From Acidobacteriota bacterium (GTDB lineage: Bacteria; Acidobacteriota; CAIWXX01), in assembly GCA_040755995.1 (NCBI GenBank), contig JBFMAF010000020.1:128001-192000 (forward strand): DNA of 64,000 bases, written 5' to 3'. How positions within the stretch are numbered: position 1 is the first letter of the stretch; each line of letters begins with the position of its first letter. A program made the position numbers and the translations under genes. Under the pieces are notes generated by a model. The model did not search any database, had not been told where the DNA came from, and saw only the letters and a list, made by a program, of their open reading frames with translations. Positions 55,867 to 64,000 of the stretch are shown here, piece by piece.

Positions 55867-58383
55867 TCACGGTTCTCGAGGTTCCTGATCGTCTCGGAGC
55901 TCCTGGCTCGGCGGCCCCTCAGTCAGCCGGCGGTTGAGGTCCCGCCGCTGCTCGATGACGTCGCAGTAGCACTCGCAGTCGGCATCCTGACCATAGCGCA
56001 TCTGGATGTCGAGCGTGTCGTCCAGAAATCCCCCGTAGTAGGCCTGGGCCGATGCCCAATCGCCGAGCTTCTCGTACGCAAGACCCAGCTGGTACTTGGC
56101 CTGGTAATCGTCAGGCTCCCGCTGGACCAGGCTGCTCAGAACGGAGACCGCCTCTTCGACCCGCCCTGCTCCCAGGTATGCCCTGGCGAGCAGCACATCC
56201 TGCGAGCTGCCGCGTCTCCCGATCGCCGGATCCGTGAGCAGCTCGATCGCGCGCTGGTACCTCCCGCTCTCGTTGTAGAGCTCCGCGAGGCGGTTGCGTG
56301 AGTAGCTGGCGGAATCGAGCCGGATGGCTTCGATGAACGCGGCCTCCGCCTCTTTGATCCGGTGCAGCTTCTCGTATAGCGAGCCCATGTTCTCCAAGAT
56401 ATCCTGATCCGGCCCGTCCCGGTCGATGACCTTCTTGTACCAGAAGACCGCACGCTCAGGCGCGTCGATCCTCTCCATAGCATCGCCGGCTTCTTCTTCG
56501 AACGTGCGCCAGGCCATCCCTGCCTCCGTCCGGCGCCTCCAATTCTGATCGAGGACCCGTTCCACCCTCTCGATCCCCTCCAGCTCCCGAATGACCTTGA
56601 GGTACTCGGCTTCAAAGTAGTGAATGGAACCGGGTCGGGAGAGCGGGTCGTTACCACCGTAGTAGTATTTCTCGAAGTACTTGCGCGCCTCCTCGGGCTG
56701 CTCATGCCGCACCGCCAACAACGCCAGGAAACGGTAGCCGTCGTTCTGTCCGCGCACTGCAGAACCGGAGCGGATGAGCTGATCGCCCAGCTCCCTGGCT
56801 GCATCGAATTGCTCGTTTTCCATGAGAAGGCGGAATAACCGTTCAGCAGAGGACGTACCGTCCGATTCGAGGGCCATGGCCTTTCTGTACTCCGCGACGG
56901 CCTCCGCGGTCCTCTTCTGTTTCTGGAAGACCTGAGCCAGCTCGAGATGCGGCTCGGGCCGCGCCGGCTCGGCGGCGGCCCATGCCTTCAGGTGATCGAC
57001 CAGGCCCACCTGGTCGCGACTCTCGGCCAGAAAGCGAGCCAGGAGCGATTGCAAGCCCTGCGCGCCGGGGCCGTGCTTGAGCCTGTCGCGTATCGCAGAG
57101 ACGATCTCTCCGCTACGGCCCGCCTTGACCAGCTCCTCCACATGGCTCGAGATCTCGTAGTACTGTCCGGAGCCTCCCTCCCAGTGGTAGTCACGCGGCA
57201 CCTCCGGCAGGGGGGTGGAAGACGCCCGATCTTCATTATTCGATGCGCCGAGCTTCAGCCAATCAAGCGCCAGGTCCGTGAGACGGTCTACTTCCCCGCA
57301 CGTGACCAGAGCGTCCGCGATGCTCGACCGGAACTCACTGTCAACCTTCTTCGGTTCCGCGGCGGCTATCAGGTCGAGCGCAAGCCGGCAGCTGCCATAC
57401 GCTGCCAGCTGGTAGGCCGCGCCAATCGACGCCCGCAGGCGCTCGGCCGGGTCCGCGATGCTGTTCAGCAGCTCGTGGACCCTGTCAGGCTGCCCGAGGC
57501 GTGCGTAGACTCCGGCGAGCGAGGCCCTGGCGAGGTCGGTCCGGCCTTCGTCCCAGGCCGAATCCTCGCCTGTTCCGGCTTGAGCGCCTCGCTCGAGAAG
57601 CCGCTCGTAGCAGCTGGCAGCCTCGACATCCAGATCATGAGATTCGAGCGAGTCGCAGAGGACGCCGAGAACGCGGTCGCCGAGCTGGCCTGACAAGGTG
57701 TCACTGAGCACCTGCTTCAACTCCTCACGAGAGATCGCCCGCGAGGCTGCGGGCTCGCGGCTCTGCAACCAGGCGATGATCGCGTCTTCATCCTGGGGGA
57801 ACCGGGTTCGCCACTCACGCAAGAGTTGATCGTACTGGACGCCGCCGAGCTGAGCGTAGACGTATGCCACGGCCCGGTAGGCATGCGGATCGTCGGGGTG
57901 GGTCTCGAGGAATCGCTCCAGCAATTCCCGAGCACGCTTCGGATCGCCCCGGCCCCAATAAGCCCGCGCGGACAGCTCGAATCCCTCGACACGATCCGGC
58001 CACTTCTGCGTCACATACGCGGCGATCTCGAGCCTCTCGGCCGGAGCATCGAGCAGCTCAGCGAGCTTCAGATGCGCATCGATGTCGCCTGGCACCGCCT
58101 TCACCCAGGCGCGTGCAACAGGTATCGCCTCCTTCATTCGCGAATCCCAGAGGCGCCGCCAGTCTTCCCCTTCGTATGGGACCTCGAGCAGCCTCTCGAT
58201 CAGCAACCGGTAGTTTGCACTGTCCTCGGGATTGGACCGGATCTTGTTGCGAAGCTCCTGCAGCTGCCTGCTCGCTTCCTTCGCAGCCTCCACCGGGTCC
58301 GCCGGCTGCTGAGCCGGCTCTGCCGATTGGACGTGTGAGAGCCCGATCGCGAGAGCGATGATCACTGCGGTACATCGGTTCAT
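55867..58383 (-). CDS. Secreted tetratricopeptide-repeat protein
   Basis: Signal peptide; numerous TPR helices (e.g. AKYQLGLAYEKLGDWASAQAYY). Confidence 0.85.
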   Translation of the reverse strand: MNRCTAVIIALAIGLSHVQSAEPAQQPADPVEAAKEASRQLQELRNKIRSNPEDSANYRLLIERLLEVPYEGEDWRRLWDSRMKEAIPVARAWVKAVPGDIDAHLKLAELLDAPAERLEIAAYVTQKWPDRVEGFELSARAYWGRGDPKRARELLERFLETHPDDPHAYRAVAYVYAQLGGVQYDQLLREWRTRFPQDEDAIIAWLQSREPAASRAISREELKQVLSDTLSGQLGDRVLGVLCDSLESHDLDVEAASCYERLLERGAQAGTGEDSAWDEGRTDLARASLAGVYARLGQPDRVHELLNSIADPAERLRASIGAAYQLAAYGSCRLALDLIAAAEPKKVDSEFRSSIADALVTCGEVDRLTDLALDWLKLGASNNEDRASSTPLPEVPRDYHWEGGSGQYYEISSHVEELVKAGRSGEIVSAIRDRLKHGPGAQGLQSLLARFLAESRDQVGLVDHLKAWAAAEPARPEPHLELAQVFQKQKRTAEAVAEYRKAMALESDGTSSAERLFRLLMENEQFDAARELGDQLIRSGSAVRGQNDGYRFLALLAVRHEQPEEARKYFEKYYYGGNDPLSRPGSIHYFEAEYLKVIRELEGIERVERVLDQNWRRRTEAGMAWRTFEEEAGDAMERIDAPERAVFWYKKVIDRDGPDQDILENMGSLYEKLHRIKEAEAAFIEAIRLDSASYSRNRLAELYNESGRYQRAIELLTDPAIGRRGSSQDVLLARAYLGAGRVEEAVSVLSSLVQREPDDYQAKYQLGLAYEKLGDWASAQAYYGGFLDDTLDIQMRYGQDADCECYCDVIEQRRDLNRRLTEGPPSQELRDDQEPREP

Positions 58384-58698
58384 AGCAACCCGCCTTTCTG
58401 AACGCCATCCACCTACCTGACCGTCGAGACACCTTGCACCATGAGGACATCGAGCTGAATCGGACACCGCAACCAGCATGCGGTATCATATACTACGGAC
58501 GTAGTAACGTGTCGCCCGCACGAAGAGGCCGGACGCCCGTTGACCAAGCCGGGGATCCCCGGCGCGCGTAGAAAGCACCGACCCTTTGGTGGCTGCGAGG
58601 AACACATATCAAGATGTTAGGGGGCCCCGAGGCGCTTGTCAAATCCGGGTTGACAGAACGCTCCAGAAGCGGCACGATCTTGGCAAAAGCGAGGACAC

Positions 58699-59205
58699 AT
58701 GGCTCAGAAATCGAAGAACTCGTTTGGAACCATGCAACGGCGCGCGCGTGCGAGGCGCGGGGATCGCGAGCGCCAGCCAAGGGCTGGAAAGAAGACGGCT
58801 TCCGGCGAGATCGGCGTCGTGAAGGCCTTCATCGCGGCCATCAACCGGCGGGCCCCTGCTGAGATCTCTCGCCTCATGGCGGAGGATCATACGTTCGTCG
58901 ATTCCAGCGGCGGAACCCACTCCGGACGCGCCGGCATGACGGCTGGATGGGAGCACTACTTCCGCATGTTTCCCGACTACGCGATACGAGTCGACTGCAT
59001 CCTGGGCGAGAAATCGCTGGTGGCCGTTTTCGGATCTGCATCTGGAACATACAACGGCAAGCGAGGCCTGGTCCCGGAGAACAGAATCGAAATGCCGGCC
59101 GCCTGGAAGGCCGTGGTGGAAAACGACACGGTGAAGCTCTGGCAGGTGTTCGCGGATTGGACCGATGGCCACAGAGTAATCAAAGAGGACGCTGAAGCGG
59201 GCTAG
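58699..59205 (+). CDS. SnoaL-like/NTF2-fold protein
   Basis: VVKAFIAAIN, LMAEDHTFVDS, W..YFRMFPDY, PAAWKAVV, WQVFAD. Confidence 0.8.
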   Translation: MAQKSKNSFGTMQRRARARRGDRERQPRAGKKTASGEIGVVKAFIAAINRRAPAEISRLMAEDHTFVDSSGGTHSGRAGMTAGWEHYFRMFPDYAIRVDCILGEKSLVAVFGSASGTYNGKRGLVPENRIEMPAAWKAVVENDTVKLWQVFADWTDGHRVIKEDAEAG

Positions 59206-59332
59206 ACAGCCGAAGACCTCATCGCCTGCATGCGGTCCCGGTCCCGTACCCGGCCAGGCACGCGCACGCGCGCCGGCCTGCGGCTCGTGCACGGGGGCGG
59301 GGTCCCGATCGATCGGTCCGACGCCCCGTCTC

Positions 59333-59366
59333 ACTATGCAGCGCGACCTGAGTCGCGCTGCATAGT
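59333..59366. terminator. Perfect 15-bp stem-loop between convergent genes
   Basis: ACTATGCAGCGCGAC-ctga-GTCGCGCTGCATAGT; no clear U-tract. Confidence 0.6.
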
Positions 59367-59384
59367 CTCATCGACCGAGAAACG

Positions 59385-61463
59385 TCAGAACCTCAAGAAG
59401 TACGCGTCGAAGACGCTCTGGTGCGGGTCGTACCAAGTGGGACGCGAGTAGAACCACCGCGGCGCGAAGGTGTCCGACCAGCCGAAGTTCGCGAGGTAGC
59501 CGACGGCATCTGACCCGCGGCGTTCCACGTAGACCGTGGCCTCGATGACGGGATAGTGGTTCGGAAAGCCCCAGCCTTCGGCATTGACAAGCAGGATCAC
59601 GGGCCTGTCGGCCCGAATCTCGGCGTCTATCGCATCCCACTTGTTGTACTCTCCGCCCCTCCAGCGCACCACACTGGCGGAGGAGTAACCTTGATCTCTG
59701 GCGTACTCGACACCATGCTCCTGCTTCCACGGATACGTCATCCCATACTTGTCGCCGTCCGCGTGCGTCCCATACACGGTCTCGCACAGGTCGCCGATCT
59801 CCCACATGACATCGGAAATCGGGCCGCCGAAGTAGCAGTCGCGGTCCCGGGAAAGCTTGCTCAGGTTCAGACCTGGGAACAGGTTGGTCTTCGACTTGAA
59901 CCGCTGCCAGTATGCGTAGATCATCGCCCACGCCGTGTTGCCGCAGCCCACCGGGTAGTCGGAGTCGTCGAATGGTTGAGTCCAGGACGGCGTGCGCCAC
60001 CACACGCCCGTGGGGCCCCATGGGCCGCGAGTCCTCGTGGCGTCGGTGGCCCCGAGGCGATTGACGTCGTAGTACCACGTGCCATCGGTTGACCGGAACA
60101 CGCCCACGTCGTCGGCGTATCTATCGAAATCGGCGTCGATCGCAAAGGGCTTGTCTCCTTCGACCCCCCACGGACCGCTCCAGTCGTCGCTCGCGGCATC
60201 GCGGTTGTAGTTGTAGTACCACATCCTGGTCGACGGCCGGAAGACCCCGACGTCATCGACGAACCCGTCGCGGTCGAAGTCACCTGCGATCGGCAGGTCC
60301 CCGGCACTGCCCCATGCCGACCCGACCACGTTCGCTACACCGTTGTGGTCGTAATCGAAATACCATTTCCGCGAGGTGTAGCTGAACAGCGCAATGTCGT
60401 CCATGTACCCGTCGCTGTCGAAGTCGCCGGCCACCGGGCGCATCTGATCATATGTGCCCACAAGCGAGAGGGATGTGTCGGTCGTCGCGTTGTGGTTGTA
60501 GTCGAAGTAGTACTTCTTGTTCGATACGCGTAGCACGCACAGATCGTCCGGCCTGCCGTCTCGGTCGAAGTCCCCCGCGAACTGTATGTCGTCCTTGTTC
60601 GACCACGCACCCGCCTCCTGATCAGTTTCACCGTCATGATCCCAGTCGAAATCCCAAGTGCCGTCCACGGGATTGAACACGCCGACGTCGTTGGGGTACC
60701 CCGTCATGGGATCGCCGAACGCGCCGGCAACGGGCACGCCTCCGTCGGCGCGAATCACGTGACTCAGATAGTGCCTCGTCGTGGTGTCACGCGCTTCATC
60801 AGGACGTCTCCCCGCCGCCACGCATTCCCTGGCCCATGCATCCTGTTTCTCGTAGTCCCGATCAAGAGACTGCTTGTCGTAAACCGGCAAGCACCCCTTC
60901 CCGCGCACGATGCGCTCGAAGTTGCTTGTCAGCGCGCGGATGCGCGCGGCGTTCTCGCGGTTCTCCACGCCATCAAGTCTCCGTACTCTGGGCGTGCCGT
61001 CGAAGCCGATCGCCGCCAGAAGCTCGAAGCGGCCCGTGCGCCCATCTCTCGCCCTCGCGGCGCTGCGGAGCCAATCGTACCGGTAGACTCGAAGATCACG
61101 CCGGCCGGTCTCCTTCATGTACCGCTCAGTCAGCGTCGGCCCTTGCATCGCGACTTCGGGGATCTCGATGTCCGCCCGGTTTGCCGTGACGAGCACATAG
61201 CCCGCGTCCACCTCCCCGGTGCGGACCTTTACTTCGTAGTAGGAAACGCCCTCGATGCCGTCGATATGCAACGGGTAGGCCGCCACGGCCCGCGTGTTTG
61301 TCGTCCACCCGGACTTGCCCTCCCGAATCAGATCGTCGAGAACGGGCTGCGCCGCCAGCATGGCTTCAGCGGCCGAAAGCCTCGGCGCCGCCTCGACAGG
61401 CCGCACACCCGGCAGCATGGCGAGAAAAGACACCAACGTGAAAATACCCCTGCGTGCGTTCAT
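59385..61463 (-). CDS. Second C10-like cysteine protease with prodomain and five FG-GAP-like repeats
   Basis: Full-length paralogue of 7289-9388: LDDLIREGKSGWT, YRYDW.RS, GDFD repeats, WTQ...VGCGNTAWAM, NHYPVIE, YLANFGW. Confidence 0.8.
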   Translation of the reverse strand: MNARRGIFTLVSFLAMLPGVRPVEAAPRLSAAEAMLAAQPVLDDLIREGKSGWTTNTRAVAAYPLHIDGIEGVSYYEVKVRTGEVDAGYVLVTANRADIEIPEVAMQGPTLTERYMKETGRRDLRVYRYDWLRSAARARDGRTGRFELLAAIGFDGTPRVRRLDGVENRENAARIRALTSNFERIVRGKGCLPVYDKQSLDRDYEKQDAWARECVAAGRRPDEARDTTTRHYLSHVIRADGGVPVAGAFGDPMTGYPNDVGVFNPVDGTWDFDWDHDGETDQEAGAWSNKDDIQFAGDFDRDGRPDDLCVLRVSNKKYYFDYNHNATTDTSLSLVGTYDQMRPVAGDFDSDGYMDDIALFSYTSRKWYFDYDHNGVANVVGSAWGSAGDLPIAGDFDRDGFVDDVGVFRPSTRMWYYNYNRDAASDDWSGPWGVEGDKPFAIDADFDRYADDVGVFRSTDGTWYYDVNRLGATDATRTRGPWGPTGVWWRTPSWTQPFDDSDYPVGCGNTAWAMIYAYWQRFKSKTNLFPGLNLSKLSRDRDCYFGGPISDVMWEIGDLCETVYGTHADGDKYGMTYPWKQEHGVEYARDQGYSSASVVRWRGGEYNKWDAIDAEIRADRPVILLVNAEGWGFPNHYPVIEATVYVERRGSDAVGYLANFGWSDTFAPRWFYSRPTWYDPHQSVFDAYFLRF

Positions 61464-61812
61464 CTATGTCCTCCAGAATCTCGCAGAAGAACGGGGCTGG
61501 CCAAATCGGGCCGCCCGTGCCCGATGACCAACCCGAACGAAACGGTGGCCACCCCCGACCCCACGGCTTCCCGTTCGTCGCTTCATGCTCTTCATGTCCT
61601 GCCCGCTATCTTGCCGGATGCGTGCCACCAGGCAGGTGACCGCTAAGTCGATGCAAAACCAGGGGGTTGTCCCACACGCCTGAGTACTTCCTTCAGGGTA
61701 CGATTCGTGCCTGGGAGCGGAAAGGCTATTGCTGTCTTTGACTTGGAACGCGTACCGCGGTTCTCACCGGCTTGGGGACCGGAGTACACGGGAGGCGACG
61801 CGGCATCATCGA

Positions 61813-63600
61813 CTAGAGCAGCGGTTGTACCATCAGCGCAGCCGGCAGCGACGCGGCGGCCCACGCCAGAGCGGCACGCGCGGCGGGGCGCCAGGCTCGA
61901 CAGCGGATCAGCTGCCAGAGAGCCGCCGGAACGCCGAATAGCAGAAGTGGAGCGACAAGCGACATGAAACCGACGTCGAAGTACAACCAGCCCGCGGGCA
62001 GTCCAACCAGTGCCGCCCCAGTGCCGTTGAGAATCAGCCGGAAGATCCGCACCGGGCGCACGATGCGATAGAACGATGCGCCCAACCCGGCGGCCACAAC
62101 CAGGCAACCCAGCGCATACCAGAGATAGGGGTAGAGAATGGCACCCAATTGAAGGTCCTCCTCCATGCTCCACTTGCTCGTCTGGAGGCGGCCCATCTCG
62201 GCTGCCATCCTGCGGAACGTGCTCACGATCTCGGGCGTCACGCCGGGCACGCTCCGGAGGTCGTCGATTGTCTGATAGGGCGATCCTTTCAGTATAGACT
62301 CGGCCAGCGGCCGATCCACTCCCGGCACACTCACCAGATCAACAAGGGAAGCGGCGTTCAGCTCGAACGTGTGCGTGCGGCGCAGACCTCGGAGCTGGTC
62401 GAAGAGCGTTGTGCCGGTCTGGAAGCGGTCATTGGCAAGCCATATCGCCGGGGCGGCAGGCAGGGTCTGTCCGAGGAGTGCCTCCTTCAGAAGCGCGTCC
62501 ACATCGCCGGCTTCCTCTGGGAACTCGATCTTGTACGCGTCGACCAGGCGCACGAGGTCGCGAGTCTTGTGAGTGCCGATCGCATGAAACAGCTTCAGGT
62601 AGACATTTTCGAGCGGGCTTACATCGGCCTGGCTTGTGCCGAACTGCGCGTAGAACGCCTCGTCACGGCGGCGCTGCTGCAATGCCTGCGAGGTCACGAA
62701 CCTGTAGAACAGGGTGCTCACGAACCCCTCGGTGGAGATCATCCGCGCAGCCGTCTTGCGAGGCCCGAACACGTCGCCGACACAGACGTTCTCCAGCAGA
62801 TACGCCCGGTACGGATCACCGGTGTTGAGGAGCCATTGGGGAACAGCGGCGTCCGAAGCAAATTCGTTGTTTTTCACTGCATGGTAGCGCAGCGCTTGCT
62901 CCGTCTCGGAAAACCACAGTGGGAAAGTCATTCTCCAGCGACCCGCTGGAGACCACCTGGCTGTCAGCTCACGGCCGTACGCCCGCAGGTTCCCGTAGGC
63001 GCGCTCTCGTCGCTCGGTGTCGAGCGCGAGTGCCCGCGTCGAAGGATCTGCGTCATCATCGTCGATCGCCATGACCTGGAAGTGTTCGGCGAACCCCTCG
63101 TCGAATGCGGTGTACGGATCGGTGCGCACACCGATGGCATGGACCTGGTTCGATTGGAGAATGTCCGAGACTCCGGCGAGCCGGGTCAGAATGATATGGC
63201 CCAGTTCATGGGGGAAGATCTGGTCCATGCTGCCGAATCGCCCGGTCAGGCTGCTGTCCATCCACAGATCCACATAGGCGGCGTGGCGCTTGTCTTCGTC
63301 GCCGAGGAAGAATCCATAGCAGGGGAAGCCTCCCTGCCTGGAGGACAGCAGCAGGTAGGCAGGTTCCGGAGGCGGCCCTCCTTTCTTCTGCAGATAGACT
63401 TGTTGATATCTGAACAGGCGCAGGCACCGCGCCGCAAGTCCTCGTGAGAGGATCTTGCTGACGGCCGTGTCGGTCGTCAAAGCGAGAACCGGCTTCCCGT
63501 CCCGTACTTGCCCCGTCTCCTTCAATAGCACGAGGGAATCTTGATCTGCAGACAGGACGCCGGCGCTCATCAGAAAGACCGCGCAGATGATCAGAGCCAT
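61813..63600 (-). CDS. Membrane-anchored gluzincin-like metallopeptidase with ComEA-like helix-hairpin-helix domain
   Basis: GGAGG RBS, signal peptide; HELGH...EGFAE; ELNAASLVDLVSVPGV...AESI...PYQTIDDLRSVPGV; about four C-terminal TM segments. Confidence 0.75.
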   Translation of the reverse strand: MALIICAVFLMSAGVLSADQDSLVLLKETGQVRDGKPVLALTTDTAVSKILSRGLAARCLRLFRYQQVYLQKKGGPPPEPAYLLLSSRQGGFPCYGFFLGDEDKRHAAYVDLWMDSSLTGRFGSMDQIFPHELGHIILTRLAGVSDILQSNQVHAIGVRTDPYTAFDEGFAEHFQVMAIDDDDADPSTRALALDTERRERAYGNLRAYGRELTARWSPAGRWRMTFPLWFSETEQALRYHAVKNNEFASDAAVPQWLLNTGDPYRAYLLENVCVGDVFGPRKTAARMISTEGFVSTLFYRFVTSQALQQRRRDEAFYAQFGTSQADVSPLENVYLKLFHAIGTHKTRDLVRLVDAYKIEFPEEAGDVDALLKEALLGQTLPAAPAIWLANDRFQTGTTLFDQLRGLRRTHTFELNAASLVDLVSVPGVDRPLAESILKGSPYQTIDDLRSVPGVTPEIVSTFRRMAAEMGRLQTSKWSMEEDLQLGAILYPYLWYALGCLVVAAGLGASFYRIVRPVRIFRLILNGTGAALVGLPAGWLYFDVGFMSLVAPLLLFGVPAALWQLIRCRAWRPAARAALAWAAASLPAALMVQPLL

Positions 63601-63734
63601 CGTCGAACCTCCATTCACAACTCCCTACGCGGCCTTATCTGCGGCGGTTCCAACTTCTTTGCAGCGCGTCACACAGTGCGCCGGCTTCTTGAACCTGTTG
63701 TGCACCTATGACGCGCTGTATAGAATGCGCGCTG

Positions 63735-64000
63735 ATGAGCCTGCTGGAGCCCGAGCCGGAACGTCAGCCAGCCGCGCGCAGTAGATCGCTGGTGATTGCC
63801 ACGGGAGTCGTGGGCGTGGGCGTCCTGGTGCTTGTGCTCGCCGGTGTGCTCTGGGTGCGCCACAGACGGGCCACGCCCGCCGAGGGGCCGCGGCCGGTCG
63901 CACGGGCGGTCGAGCCGGTTCCGGCGCAGAAGGAAGCGAAGTCGAAAATCGCTTTGCCACCAGCTCCGATGCCCGCGACTGCTCGACAGCCCGCCCTGGG
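63735..64000 (+). CDS. Membrane-anchored hypothetical protein, 5' part only
   Basis: MSLLEPEP...VIATGVVGVGVLVLVLAGVLWV TM followed by a Pro/Ala linker, open to the window end; TTGTGC-N17-TAGAAT ends 8 nt before the ATG. Confidence 0.55.
   Translation, partial: MSLLEPEPERQPAARSRSLVIATGVVGVGVLVLVLAGVLWVRHRRATPAEGPRPVARAVEPVPAQKEAKSKIALPPAPMPATARQPAL

Overview
GC-rich bacterial chromosomal window. The gene content (Oar-type TonB-dependent receptor, acidobacterial-type VWA protein, stand-alone MacB/LolD ATPase, tungsten AOR) suggests an anaerobic Acidobacteriota-like diderm; this is an inference. All family assignments were made by eye from motifs, without database searches. Layout: (1) 1-19 kb, envelope and secreted proteins: a sulfatase-like hydrolase, a TBDR, three non-catalytic FGE-fold proteins, a streptopain (C10)-like protease with an inserted repeat domain, and a matrixin with an OB-fold partner. 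(2) 19-34 kb, metabolism and regulation: a CadC-like sensor, aor-moaD, an SRPBCC-RHH-SRPBCC operon, an amidohydrolase, and an ECF NikMNQO transporter with a NikR-type operator. (3) 34.5-37 kb, the most unusual locus: a LysM/papain-like peptidase, a lipoprotein and a stand-alone Csm2 (Cas11)-like gene with no CRISPR-cas genes nearby. (4) 37-47 kb, a mosaic hot spot with three diverged direct-repeat pairs, two intact VapBC-type pairs, an ABC-ATPase + putative nuclease pair and many gene remnants (RecD-like helicase, TerY-like VWA, gcvP and others). (5) 47-64 kb: a divergent GlpX-like phosphatase, secreted propeller and TPR proteins, a second C10-like paralogue and a gluzincin-HhH membrane protein. 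No tRNA, rRNA, CRISPR array, integrase, transposase or reverse transcriptase was seen.
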